In this document: one piece after another, positions 9,578-17,139 of the stretch
How the letters are laid out: each line of letters opens with the position of its first letter
Numbering within the stretch: position 1 is the stretch's first letter
Source of the DNA: Chloroflexota bacterium
Lineage (GTDB): Bacteria; Chloroflexota; Anaerolineae; Anaerolineales; UBA4823
Assembly: GCA_029265355.1 (NCBI GenBank)
Contig: JAJUJL010000015.1
Location: 55,012-119,011, forward strand
DNA: 64,000 bases
Reading direction: 5' to 3'
The notes under the pieces: generated by a model
What the model saw: the letters and a program-made list of their open reading frames with translations, nothing else
What the model was told of the DNA's origin: nothing
The model's database searches: none
Translations under genes and position numbers: made by a program

Positions 9578-9602
9578 TACATAGTAAATATACACCGTAT
9601 AT
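9562..9602. promoter_or_regulatory. TetR operator: perfect 19-bp inverted repeat overlapping the -10 box
   Basis: ATATACGGTGTATATTTAC (9562-9580), ATA, GTAAATATACACCGTATAT (9584-9602). Each arm also contains its own small dyad ATATAC-N3-GTATAT. Confidence 0.7.
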
Positions 9603-9620
9603 TTTTGGTGGAGGGTAACG

Positions 9621-10307
9621 ATGCCTCGTCCCAAGAAATCTCAAAGCGGCAACCTGCGCGAGGAAATCCTCGCAACTGCCTGGCAGCAAATTGCCGAAGA
9701 GGGCGCCTCGGCGCTGTCGTTGCGGGCGATTGCGCGCCAGCTTTCGATCACCGCCCCGGCGATCTACAACTATTTTCCCCGGCGCGATGACCTGGTCACC
9801 GAGCTGATCATCGACGCGTTTCTCTCATTTGGCGATGCGCAGATCGCTGCGCTGCAGGCGATCCCAACCGGCGATCACACTGGCCGGCTGCGCGCCCTGG
9901 GCCTGGCATACCGGCAGTGGGCGGTGAGCTACCCGCAGCGCTACATGCTGATTTTTGGGGCGCCAATTCCGGGTTACGCTGCCCCGGCAGAGCGGACCAC
10001 GCCGGCTGCAGCTCGCGCCCTGGATGTGCTGGTGGGCGTGTTGGCGGATGCTCATCGCGCTGGCAGGCTGGCGCTGGACCCTGGACTGCCCCTGACGCCC
10101 GCGGTGCAGGAAATGATGGCTGCCTGGCAGGTCTCTCGCGCCCCTGGGATAGATCTACGCGTCCTGGCTATGGCGCTATCCATCTGGGGCTGGGCGCATG
10201 GGCTGGTGATGCTGGAAATTGGCAACCAATATCCCCCCTTTGTTGCCAGCCCGGGCGAGCTGTATCGCTATGATCTCGAGCGCATCGTGCGCGGCACTGT
10301 TCGCTGA
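9621..10307 (+). CDS. TetR/AcrR family transcriptional regulator
   Basis: N-terminal HTH LSLRAIARQLSITAPAIYNYFPRRDDL, helical C-terminal ligand domain. Confidence 0.9.
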   Translation: MPRPKKSQSGNLREEILATAWQQIAEEGASALSLRAIARQLSITAPAIYNYFPRRDDLVTELIIDAFLSFGDAQIAALQAIPTGDHTGRLRALGLAYRQWAVSYPQRYMLIFGAPIPGYAAPAERTTPAAARALDVLVGVLADAHRAGRLALDPGLPLTPAVQEMMAAWQVSRAPGIDLRVLAMALSIWGWAHGLVMLEIGNQYPPFVASPGELYRYDLERIVRGTVR

Positions 10308-10339
10308 AAAAATATACCTTTTTGGAAAGAGATTTACGC

Positions 10340-11293
10340 ATGTCTGAAGGCACACAGGTCATCTTTGGCGGCGGCCCGCTGGGCATCGCCACCATGAATG
10401 CGTTGCACAAGCGCGGCAAGCGCATTCGCCTGGTCAATCGCTCTGGCAGTCGCCCAACAGAGGCGCCCCCCGATATCGAAGTGGTGGCAGGGGATGCCTG
10501 CAATACCGATTTTACCCGCCAGGTGACAGCCGATGCTGCTGTGGTGTATCAATGCGCCCAACCAGAATATCACAAGTGGGTGACAGAATTCCCGGCGCTG
10601 CAGGCTGCCATACTGGATGGTGCAGCCACCAACGGTGCTAAACTGATTGTCGGTGAGAATCTGTACATGTATGGCGACACTAACGGGCAGCCGATTCACG
10701 AGGGACTGCCGCATGCTGCGCACACCCGCAAGGGCAAGGTGCGCGCCCAGATGTCGGAGGCCTTACTGGCGGCGCACCGCAGCGGTAAAGTGAGAGTGGC
10801 GATGGCGCGCGGCTCGGATTTTTATGGGCCAGGTGTGTTGGGCTCCACGCTGGGCGAGCGCACCTTTGTCTCCGCTCTGAAAGGAAAACCCGCCGAGGTC
10901 ACCGGCGCGCTGGATCAGCCGCACACCTACACGTACATCCAGGATTTTGGCGAGGCGATGGCGATTCTGGGGGAGCGCGAGCAATCCCTGGGACAGGCCT
11001 GGCATGTGCCCAACCCGCCGACGCTGACGCACCGCCAGCTGCTGACCATCTTTTTCCAGCTGGCGAACAGACCAGCAAGGTTCACTGTGATGGGCACATT
11101 GATGATGAGGCTTGGCGGTATTTTCATTCCAGAAGCGCGCGAGACCGTGGAAATGATGTACGAATTCACCAGGCCCTTCGTCGTCGACTCCAGAAAATTC
11201 ATCAAGGCGTTTGGCGACATTGCCACCCCGCACGAGGCGGCGATGCAAGCCACGCTGGCCTGGTACCACAAGCGGATGGCAAACCACCACTAA
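10340..11293 (+). CDS. NAD(P)-dependent epimerase/dehydratase-like (atypical SDR) protein
   Basis: ATG 10340. VIFGGGPLGIATMNAL Rossmann motif. About 317 aa. Sits 33 nt after the TetR gene, likely co-transcribed. Confidence 0.8.
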   Translation: MSEGTQVIFGGGPLGIATMNALHKRGKRIRLVNRSGSRPTEAPPDIEVVAGDACNTDFTRQVTADAAVVYQCAQPEYHKWVTEFPALQAAILDGAATNGAKLIVGENLYMYGDTNGQPIHEGLPHAAHTRKGKVRAQMSEALLAAHRSGKVRVAMARGSDFYGPGVLGSTLGERTFVSALKGKPAEVTGALDQPHTYTYIQDFGEAMAILGEREQSLGQAWHVPNPPTLTHRQLLTIFFQLANRPARFTVMGTLMMRLGGIFIPEARETVEMMYEFTRPFVVDSRKFIKAFGDIATPHEAAMQATLAWYHKRMANHH

Positions 11294-11296
11294 ACG

Positions 11297-11326
11297 AAAA
11301 GCCGCCGGCTGCCCGGCGGCTTTTTA
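11297..11326. terminator. Bidirectional rho-independent terminator
   Basis: AAAA-GCCGCCGG-ctgc-CCGGCGGC-TTTTT between convergent SDR and membrane-protein genes. Confidence 0.75.
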
Positions 11327-11388
11327 TCAGGTGAATGGAGGTCCTTCGCTGTGCTCAGGTTGAAAGGTAGGTGGGCCCTCCGATGGGC

Positions 11389-12390
11389 TCATGCCGCCAG
11401 GCGGCTTGAGGTCTCGCTGCTCAAACTGGCCTTCACCATCCGGTAAAGCTCAACCATGGTTTCAATGACCGTCACCAGCAAGGCGATGCCGAAGGCCATG
11501 CGGAAGGCTTGCATGCCTATCAATTGCCAATTCGTGGCGGGGTCATCGGCCAGGCGCTCGATGGAGGTGATGAAGCCGGATGCGCCTCTTTCCACCAGCC
11601 AGGCGTTGTGCCCCTGGAAGAGCAGGTACAACACAACCATACTCAACAAGTTGGCAGCGATGCGCGCCAGGCGGCTCAGCGTGCTCCAACGCCCCTGCCA
11701 CAGCAGGTAGATATCCAGGGCGATGCTCACCAGCAGTGAGAAGGAGATCAGGCCCAGGTATTGAGCGATGATCGGGTTGGCGAAGAAAACGCCGCCGGGG
11801 TAGGTGTAGATGCCGATCCGGTCAGGGAAAGCCAGCAATAGCGCCAGCAGCACGCTGCCAGCGATGATGCCGAAGATGCGCTCGCCGCGATTAATCTCGC
11901 GGCTGTCTTCGATCTGCGGCAGGCTGCGCGGATTCCAGGGCTCATCCTTGCTTTCTGGGCGCACGTCGAACCATTGTAAGATGGCAAAGGCGATGACCAC
12001 CGAGCCGAACGTGGCAGGCACGCTGGAGAACAACCCCCCCAGGACCTCCAACGGTTGGATCAAAGTACTGTCAAAGATGTAACCAATCCCGATGGCCAGC
12101 AACTGCGCGCCGAGGACTGCTGCCAGGGCAATGCCCACCACCATGCGAAACAGCGGATACAAGGTTGGGCCAATCAGGTACTGTCCCTCTGGCGCATACG
12201 AGGCAGCCACTTTTTGCGGAGGGCCGAACTCTTTCAACAGCGCCACAATGTCTTCTTCGGTTGGCTCTCCCCGGGTACGGTCTTCCAGGGTGTCGGTCAG
12301 CAGGGAACGCAGCTCTGCCTGGATGTCGCTGCGGTTTTTGCGCGGCAAGCGTCGCCCAACTTCATGGATATAACGATCAATGAGATTCAT
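11389..12390 (-). CDS. PadR-associated polytopic membrane protein (DUF1700/HAAS-like N-terminal helical domain)
   Basis: Start set to ATG 12390 behind AGGAGAAAG. It overlaps the PadR stop by 14 nt. N-terminus MNLIDRYIHEVGRRLPRKNRSDIQAELRSLLTDTLEDR is typical of PadR partner proteins. About 6 TM helices follow. Confidence 0.7.
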   Translation of the reverse strand: MNLIDRYIHEVGRRLPRKNRSDIQAELRSLLTDTLEDRTRGEPTEEDIVALLKEFGPPQKVAASYAPEGQYLIGPTLYPLFRMVVGIALAAVLGAQLLAIGIGYIFDSTLIQPLEVLGGLFSSVPATFGSVVIAFAILQWFDVRPESKDEPWNPRSLPQIEDSREINRGERIFGIIAGSVLLALLLAFPDRIGIYTYPGGVFFANPIIAQYLGLISFSLLVSIALDIYLLWQGRWSTLSRLARIAANLLSMVVLYLLFQGHNAWLVERGASGFITSIERLADDPATNWQLIGMQAFRMAFGIALLVTVIETMVELYRMVKASLSSETSSRLAA

Positions 12391-12745
12391 GGCTTTCTCC
12401 TTCTTGGTTTCCAATCAACTTTTCCATCACAGTGATCAGGTTGCGCCAATCGGCGACCAGCGCTTCCAGGACACGCTCGCCAGCCGGGCTGATCTGGTAA
12501 TATCGCCGCGGGCGGGAGCCTTCGACATCCCAGGCGCTTTGCAACAGCCCCTGGGTTTCGAGCCTGCGCAGAAGCGGGTACAGCGTACCCTGTTCAATGT
12601 CCAGACCACGCTCAGACAGGCTGCTGATTAACGCATACCCGTACTTTGCCTCCTTTAGCTGGCTGAGCGTTGCCAGGACCAGGATGCCGCGCCGCAGCTC
12701 CTGCGTCAGGTTGGTATTGATTTCGGTGAATTCTTGTTCGTTCAT
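12377..12745 (-). CDS. PadR family transcriptional regulator
   Basis: Winged-helix signature YGYALISSLSERGLDIEQGTLYPLLRRLETQGLLQS...RRYYQISPAGE. Confidence 0.9.
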   Translation of the reverse strand: MNEQEFTEINTNLTQELRRGILVLATLSQLKEAKYGYALISSLSERGLDIEQGTLYPLLRRLETQGLLQSAWDVEGSRPRRYYQISPAGERVLEALVADWRNLITVMEKLIGNQEGESHESH

Positions 12746-12755
12746 CTTGTGCTAC

Positions 12756-12785
12756 ATTATACTGTATATTACATAGTATTGTCAA
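12756..12785 (-). promoter_or_regulatory. Consensus promoter of the PadR operon, near-leaderless
   Basis: Minus strand TTGACA (12785-12780), 18 nt, TATAAT (12761-12756). Only 10 nt separate the -10 from ATG 12745 and there is no SD. The spacer holds the AT-rich pseudo-dyad ATACTATGTAATATACAGTAT. Confidence 0.55.
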
Positions 12786-12866
12786 TAGAAAATATTGCAA
12801 AATCCATATCATTATGATTATTTATGGTCACCAGCGGGGATCTGATCTGGAGGGGGTAAGGGTTGG

Positions 12867-12901
12867 AGTTGTTTTGGGCAGCGAAGCCGCCCAAAACAAC
12901 T
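12867..12901. repeat. Orphan 13-bp perfect inverted repeat between divergent promoters
   Basis: AGTTGTTTTGGGC (12867-12879), 9 nt, GCCCAAAACAACT (12889-12901). Lies upstream of both the PadR and S8 promoters. Confidence 0.6.
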
Positions 12902-13051
12902 TTCGGTAAACAATCTTCTTTGTCATCTGTTGCAGGCCTTATCGAAAGCAGAGGCAAAAAGGTTTGCATGATCCCCCAAGAAATCGCTAATGAAAGAATT
13001 GAAGATCATGTAATTTATATTGTGCATTGGGGCAGGCTGCTACAATATCTG

Positions 13052-13079
13052 TTGACAGCGTTTGAATTTCTGCTACACT
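13052..13079 (+). promoter_or_regulatory. Candidate promoter of the S8 protease gene with about 145-nt leader
   Basis: TTGACA (13052-13057), 16 nt, TACACT (13074-13079). Confidence 0.45.
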
Positions 13080-13232
13080 ATAAACACGAATTGAGGATGA
13101 TTTGGGGCGGATTGTCAGGGATGGCAGGCAATGAACAAAGTGAAGAGAAGGAGGTGATGAAAATCAGTTGATCCTACTGCGATCTGCTGTTTCGTTTTCC
13201 ACGTTCCAAACAAGCATGAATTGGGAGGGAGT

Positions 13233-15803
13233 ATGTCCAAGAAAATCCTGATTTGCCTGGTTATTGCAGCATTGATGTTAACTGCGGTTGGCTCTGCAGC
13301 CGCACAGAGTGGCGGGCCGATCGAGCCATTGACGCCTCCCCCGTCTGTGGAGACGGGTGAATTGGTGGATGAGACCCCACACCTGTGGTTTGTAGAGCTG
13401 GAAAGCACCCCGGCTGTTGAAGGCACCAGCCTGGTTACCCTGGCTCGTGAAAAAACTGATTTCCGCGCCGCAGCCAAGAAAGCGGGTCTGGTATATCGCG
13501 AGCGCTTTGCTTTCAACACGCTGTGGAACGGCCTGTCGATAGAAATCTCACCTGCCGAATTACCCAAGCTGGCGCGGCTACCGGGTGTGCGGGCCATCTG
13601 GCCGGTGATCAAAATTTCCATGCCGGTGACAGAACAACCCATCAATCCCGATCTTTACACCGCGCTGGCAATGACCGGTGCAGACGTCGCTCAATCGGAG
13701 CTGGGCTACACCGGCGCGGGCATCAAAGTGGCCATCATGGATACCGGCATCGATGTAGATCACCCGGACTTGGGCGGCGATGGGGTGGCGCGCAACGATA
13801 GCGAGCTCTTCCCCACGGCGCGCGTGGCTTATGGCTACGACTTCGTCGGGGACGACTTCAACGCCGACGACACCTCTCCGTCCTACAACCCGGTGCCTTC
13901 TCCTGACCCCAACCCGGACGATTGCCAGGGCCACGGCACCCATGTGGCAGGCATTGTTGGCGCCAACGGCACTGTCAAGGGCGTTGCGCCGGATGTCACC
14001 TTCGGCGCTTACCGCGTATTTGGCTGCGAAGGTTCGACGACCGCCGATATCATGATCGCTGCCATGGAGCGGGCGCTGGCGGATGGCATGGATATCCTGA
14101 ACATGTCGATTGGCTCAGCCTACCAATGGCCGCAGTACCCGACGGCTGAAGCCGCTTCCCGCCTGGTCAACAAAGGCATGGTGGTGGTCGCTTCCATCGG
14201 CAACAACGGCGCTAACGGCGTGTACTCGGCTGGCGCGCCTGGCCTGGGGCAGAAAGTGATCGGCGTGGCCTCCTATGACAACACGCATGTCCTGTTGCCA
14301 TACTTCATCGTCAACGACGCCAAGATCGGTTATGTGCCCATGACCTATTCAGGGCCTGTGCCGACCTCTGGGACATTGGAAATCGAGTATGTCGGCCTGG
14401 CTTGTGCACCGCTGTCAGTTGACTTGACCGGCAAAGCGGCGCTGGCCTCGCGCGGCACTTGCTCCTTCGCCACGAAAGCGATCAATGCGATCAATGCGGG
14501 TGCAGTGGCGGTGGTGGTTCACAACAATGTGCCAGGCGTCTTCAATGGTACACTGGGCGCTCCTATCGATGGCATCACGCCGGTGGTGGGCATCTCGCTG
14601 GCGGATGGCCTGTACATTCGCGCCCAGACCCCGCCGGTGTATATGACCTGGACAGACCAGATGGATTCGTTCCCGAGCCCAACCGGTGGTCTGATCTCGT
14701 CCTTCAGCTCCTTTGGGCTCTCCCCCGACCTGGCGCTCAAGCCGGATATCGGCGCGCCGGGCGGCAATATCTACTCAACCTACCCATTGGAGAAGGGCGG
14801 CTATGCCAACCTGGGCGGCACCTCGATGTCCTCGCCGCACGTTGCAGGCGCGGCGGCTCTGCTGCTGCAGGCCAAGCCCAAGACCCCACCGCACAAGGTG
14901 CGCGACATCCTGCAGAACAGCGCCGACCCCAAGATGTGGTGGGGCAATCCCGGCCTGGGCTACCTGGACAACGTCCACCGCCAGGGCGCGGGTATGCTCG
15001 ATATTGACGATGCTATTTTGGCAACGGTCAAGATTACCCCCGGAAAGATTTCCCTGGGCGAGAGCGAGGTTGGACCCAGCCGGCAGGTGATCAACATCGA
15101 GAACAAAGGCCCGCGCACTGTGATCTTTGACATCACTTACGAGAATGCGTTGTCGACCGGTGGTGTGATCACACCCAGCTACTGGGATTCTGATGCGACG
15201 GTTACCTTTAGCAGGAATACAGTTGTTGTACCGCCGGGCTTGAGCATCCCGGTTATTGCCACCATCACACCGGCCACTTACCCGGACTATGGACAATACG
15301 GCGGCTACATTGTCTTCACCCCGCGCGATGGCGGGCAGGTCTATCGCGTGCCGTATGCCGGCTACGTGGGCGATTACCAGGCCATCAAGGTGCTTGAGCC
15401 GACTCCCTACGGCCTGCCCTGGCTGTCGAAGTTGGTTGACGGTTCGTTCTATAACCAGCCGGATGGCGCCACGTACACCCTGGTTGGCGACGACATGCCC
15501 TACTTCCTGATCCACTTCGAACACCAATCGCGCCTGATGCGCCTGGATGTCTACGATGCGGTCACCGGTCGCTATTGGTTCAACGCCCTCACCGAAGAGT
15601 ACATGCCGCGCAACAGCAGCGCTACAGGCTTCTTTGCCTTCGCTTGGGATGGCACCACCAGCGTGGCAGGCAAGAAGGTGTTCATCGTGCCGGATGGGCA
15701 GTACGTGGTGAAGCTCTCGGTGCTCAAGGCGCTGGGCAATCCCTTCAACCCGGCGCACTGGGAAACCTGGACTTCACCGGTCATCACCCTCGATCGGCCC
15801 TAG
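13233..15803 (+). CDS. Secreted subtilisin-like serine protease (S8) with I9 propeptide, PA-domain insert and C-terminal Fn3-like domain
   Basis: ATG 13233 behind GGGAGGGAG. Signal peptide KKILICLVIAALMLTAVGSAAA. Catalytic triad motifs MDTGID, HGTHVAG, GTSMSSPHVAG. Confidence 0.9.
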   Translation: MSKKILICLVIAALMLTAVGSAAAQSGGPIEPLTPPPSVETGELVDETPHLWFVELESTPAVEGTSLVTLAREKTDFRAAAKKAGLVYRERFAFNTLWNGLSIEISPAELPKLARLPGVRAIWPVIKISMPVTEQPINPDLYTALAMTGADVAQSELGYTGAGIKVAIMDTGIDVDHPDLGGDGVARNDSELFPTARVAYGYDFVGDDFNADDTSPSYNPVPSPDPNPDDCQGHGTHVAGIVGANGTVKGVAPDVTFGAYRVFGCEGSTTADIMIAAMERALADGMDILNMSIGSAYQWPQYPTAEAASRLVNKGMVVVASIGNNGANGVYSAGAPGLGQKVIGVASYDNTHVLLPYFIVNDAKIGYVPMTYSGPVPTSGTLEIEYVGLACAPLSVDLTGKAALASRGTCSFATKAINAINAGAVAVVVHNNVPGVFNGTLGAPIDGITPVVGISLADGLYIRAQTPPVYMTWTDQMDSFPSPTGGLISSFSSFGLSPDLALKPDIGAPGGNIYSTYPLEKGGYANLGGTSMSSPHVAGAAALLLQAKPKTPPHKVRDILQNSADPKMWWGNPGLGYLDNVHRQGAGMLDIDDAILATVKITPGKISLGESEVGPSRQVINIENKGPRTVIFDITYENALSTGGVITPSYWDSDATVTFSRNTVVVPPGLSIPVIATITPATYPDYGQYGGYIVFTPRDGGQVYRVPYAGYVGDYQAIKVLEPTPYGLPWLSKLVDGSFYNQPDGATYTLVGDDMPYFLIHFEHQSRLMRLDVYDAVTGRYWFNALTEEYMPRNSSATGFFAFAWDGTTSVAGKKVFIVPDGQYVVKLSVLKALGNPFNPAHWETWTSPVITLDRP

Positions 15804-15829
15804 TACTGGCGCGTGTTTGATCTTTCAAG

Positions 15830-15855
15830 AGCGGCTGCCCATCCGGGCAGCCGCT
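15830..15855 (+). terminator. Hairpin downstream of the protease gene
   Basis: AGCGGCTGCCC-atcc-GGGCAGCCGCT, 11-bp GC-rich stem. No T-tract. Confidence 0.4.
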
Positions 15856-16002
15856 ATCGTATAGAGCTATGACACTGCACAGATGCCAGGCGGAAGTGGG
15901 GCGCCTGGCCTGATCGGTCCACCTGGTATCGCTGGCCTGGATTACAATATACATTGATCTGATTTTGGGCGGGATGGAAAAGCACCCCTCACCCATTTAG
16001 CC

Positions 16003-16344
16003 GTGAAAAAGGATAATCAAATGTCAGAATCTCGACCGCCCGAAAAAGAGGATGATGTTGAGCGGCAGCAAGCTGAGCACCCGCAGTCGGAGCAGCAGGT
16101 AAAAACCCCAAAACCGCAGCAAGAGCAGCAGCAAGCGGAGTTGGAGCATGCGGAGAAGCGAAAATTGCAGCAGGCTGAGCGAATGCAGCTAGAGCAGCAG
16201 CACGAAACGCTTCGAAAACGGCAACAGGCCGAGCGAAAGCAATTAGAAAAGCAGCAGGAAGCCGAACGAAAACAACGGCAAGCCGAACGAAAGCAGTTGG
16301 AGCAGCAACAAGAAGCCGAACGAAAACAGCGTCAGCAAGAATGA
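16003..16344 (+). CDS. Hypothetical highly charged Gln/Glu/Arg/Lys repeat protein (single-alpha-helix-like)
   Basis: Repeats QQ(E)AERKQ(L/R)(E/Q). GTG 16003 or ATG 16021 as start. An Ala-rich ORF is open on the opposite strand because of repeat symmetry, so coding status is uncertain. Confidence 0.4.
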   Translation: MKKDNQMSESRPPEKEDDVERQQAEHPQSEQQVKTPKPQQEQQQAELEHAEKRKLQQAERMQLEQQHETLRKRQQAERKQLEKQQEAERKQRQAERKQLEQQQEAERKQRQQE

Positions 16345-16464
16345 TGGCTGTTGGATGGCAAACGCAAAGCACCGCCGGGTGAATGGCTGATGCGCGTTCA
16401 ACGGGAAAACGACCTTGCGATCAAAGCAGTGGCGGAATGAACCTCTTGGGCTAGAGAAAATCGC

Positions 16465-17121
16465 CTACACCGCCTCACGAATATCCACGATTTCCTGATC
16501 CTCCACCTGACTGAGGGCTTCCCGAACTTCATCCAGGGTGGCGTCGGAGATCTTCACTACCATATCGTAGAAACCCGGCAGGCGGGGGGTGGGATAAACG
16601 CCAATGCCCATCACACCCATGTTATTGGCCGCCAGGGCGCGGCTGAGCTTGGCAAACTCGCCCTTGCGGTCGGGCATGCGCATGATCACGCGCACTCCCG
16701 GCGAAGGCATGCCCAGCATAGCCTGAAAGGCGCGCAGGAGGTCGTGCTCGGTCAGGATACCAACCACAATCTCATCTTCGATCACTGGCAGGCAGCCAAT
16801 CTTGTTCTCGGTCATGGTGCGGGCGGCGCGCTCCACCGTGCGGTCGGGGCTGATGGTGATCACTTCTCCGGCCCGGATCATGATATCCCCGGCAGTCAGG
16901 CGTGACAGGTAGCGGGTGATCTCCCACACGCTCAGGCTGCTGAGTTGCCCGGCCTCCAGCGCCAGCCGCTGGCGGGTGACCAGCCCCAGCAGGCGCTTGC
17001 CCGGACCAACGACCGGCAAGTGGCGGATATTGCTCTCGGTCATGATCTGCTGCGCCTCGGCAGCGGGCGTGCTGGGTGGGATTAATATTGGGTGGCGGGT
17101 CATGCAGTCTTTTACCAGCAT
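16465..17121 (-). CDS. CBS-pair plus ACT-like domain protein (AcuB-like)
   Basis: Two CBS repeats (VKDCMTRHPILI..., AGDIMIRAGEVITI...) followed by a small C-terminal regulatory domain. GGAGGAA SD. Starts 18 nt after the ABC ATPase gene. Confidence 0.8.
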   Translation of the reverse strand: MLVKDCMTRHPILIPPSTPAAEAQQIMTESNIRHLPVVGPGKRLLGLVTRQRLALEAGQLSSLSVWEITRYLSRLTAGDIMIRAGEVITISPDRTVERAARTMTENKIGCLPVIEDEIVVGILTEHDLLRAFQAMLGMPSPGVRVIMRMPDRKGEFAKLSRALAANNMGVMGIGVYPTPRLPGFYDMVVKISDATLDEVREALSQVEDQEIVDIREAV

Positions 17122-17139
17122 GGAGGTTTCCTCCCCGGG

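Noticed and set aside
12863-13171. 102-aa ORF in the AT-rich PadR/protease intergenic region. It includes a 4-codon mini-ORF (ATG 13157, MKIS*) behind a perfect AAGGAGGTG.
   Set aside because: No recognisable domain, and the ORF spans a palindrome and the predicted protease promoter. The SD core lies only 2 nt from the mini-ORF ATG, too close for efficient initiation. The strong SD-like sequence in the protease leader is noted but unexplained.
16200-16344. Short direct DNA repeats (GCCGAACGAAA...) that could be mistaken for a mini CRISPR or tandem array.
   Set aside because: The repeats are 20-30 nt, contiguous, without spacers, and translate in frame into a protein repeat. No cas genes. I saw no CRISPR array anywhere in the window.
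15989-16372. 127-aa Ala-rich ORF on the minus strand opposite the ER/K repeat ORF.
   Set aside because: It is open only because the CAG/GAA-type repeats are stop-free in reverse complement. No start context or motifs. The plus-strand ORF has slightly better start signals, though neither is proven.
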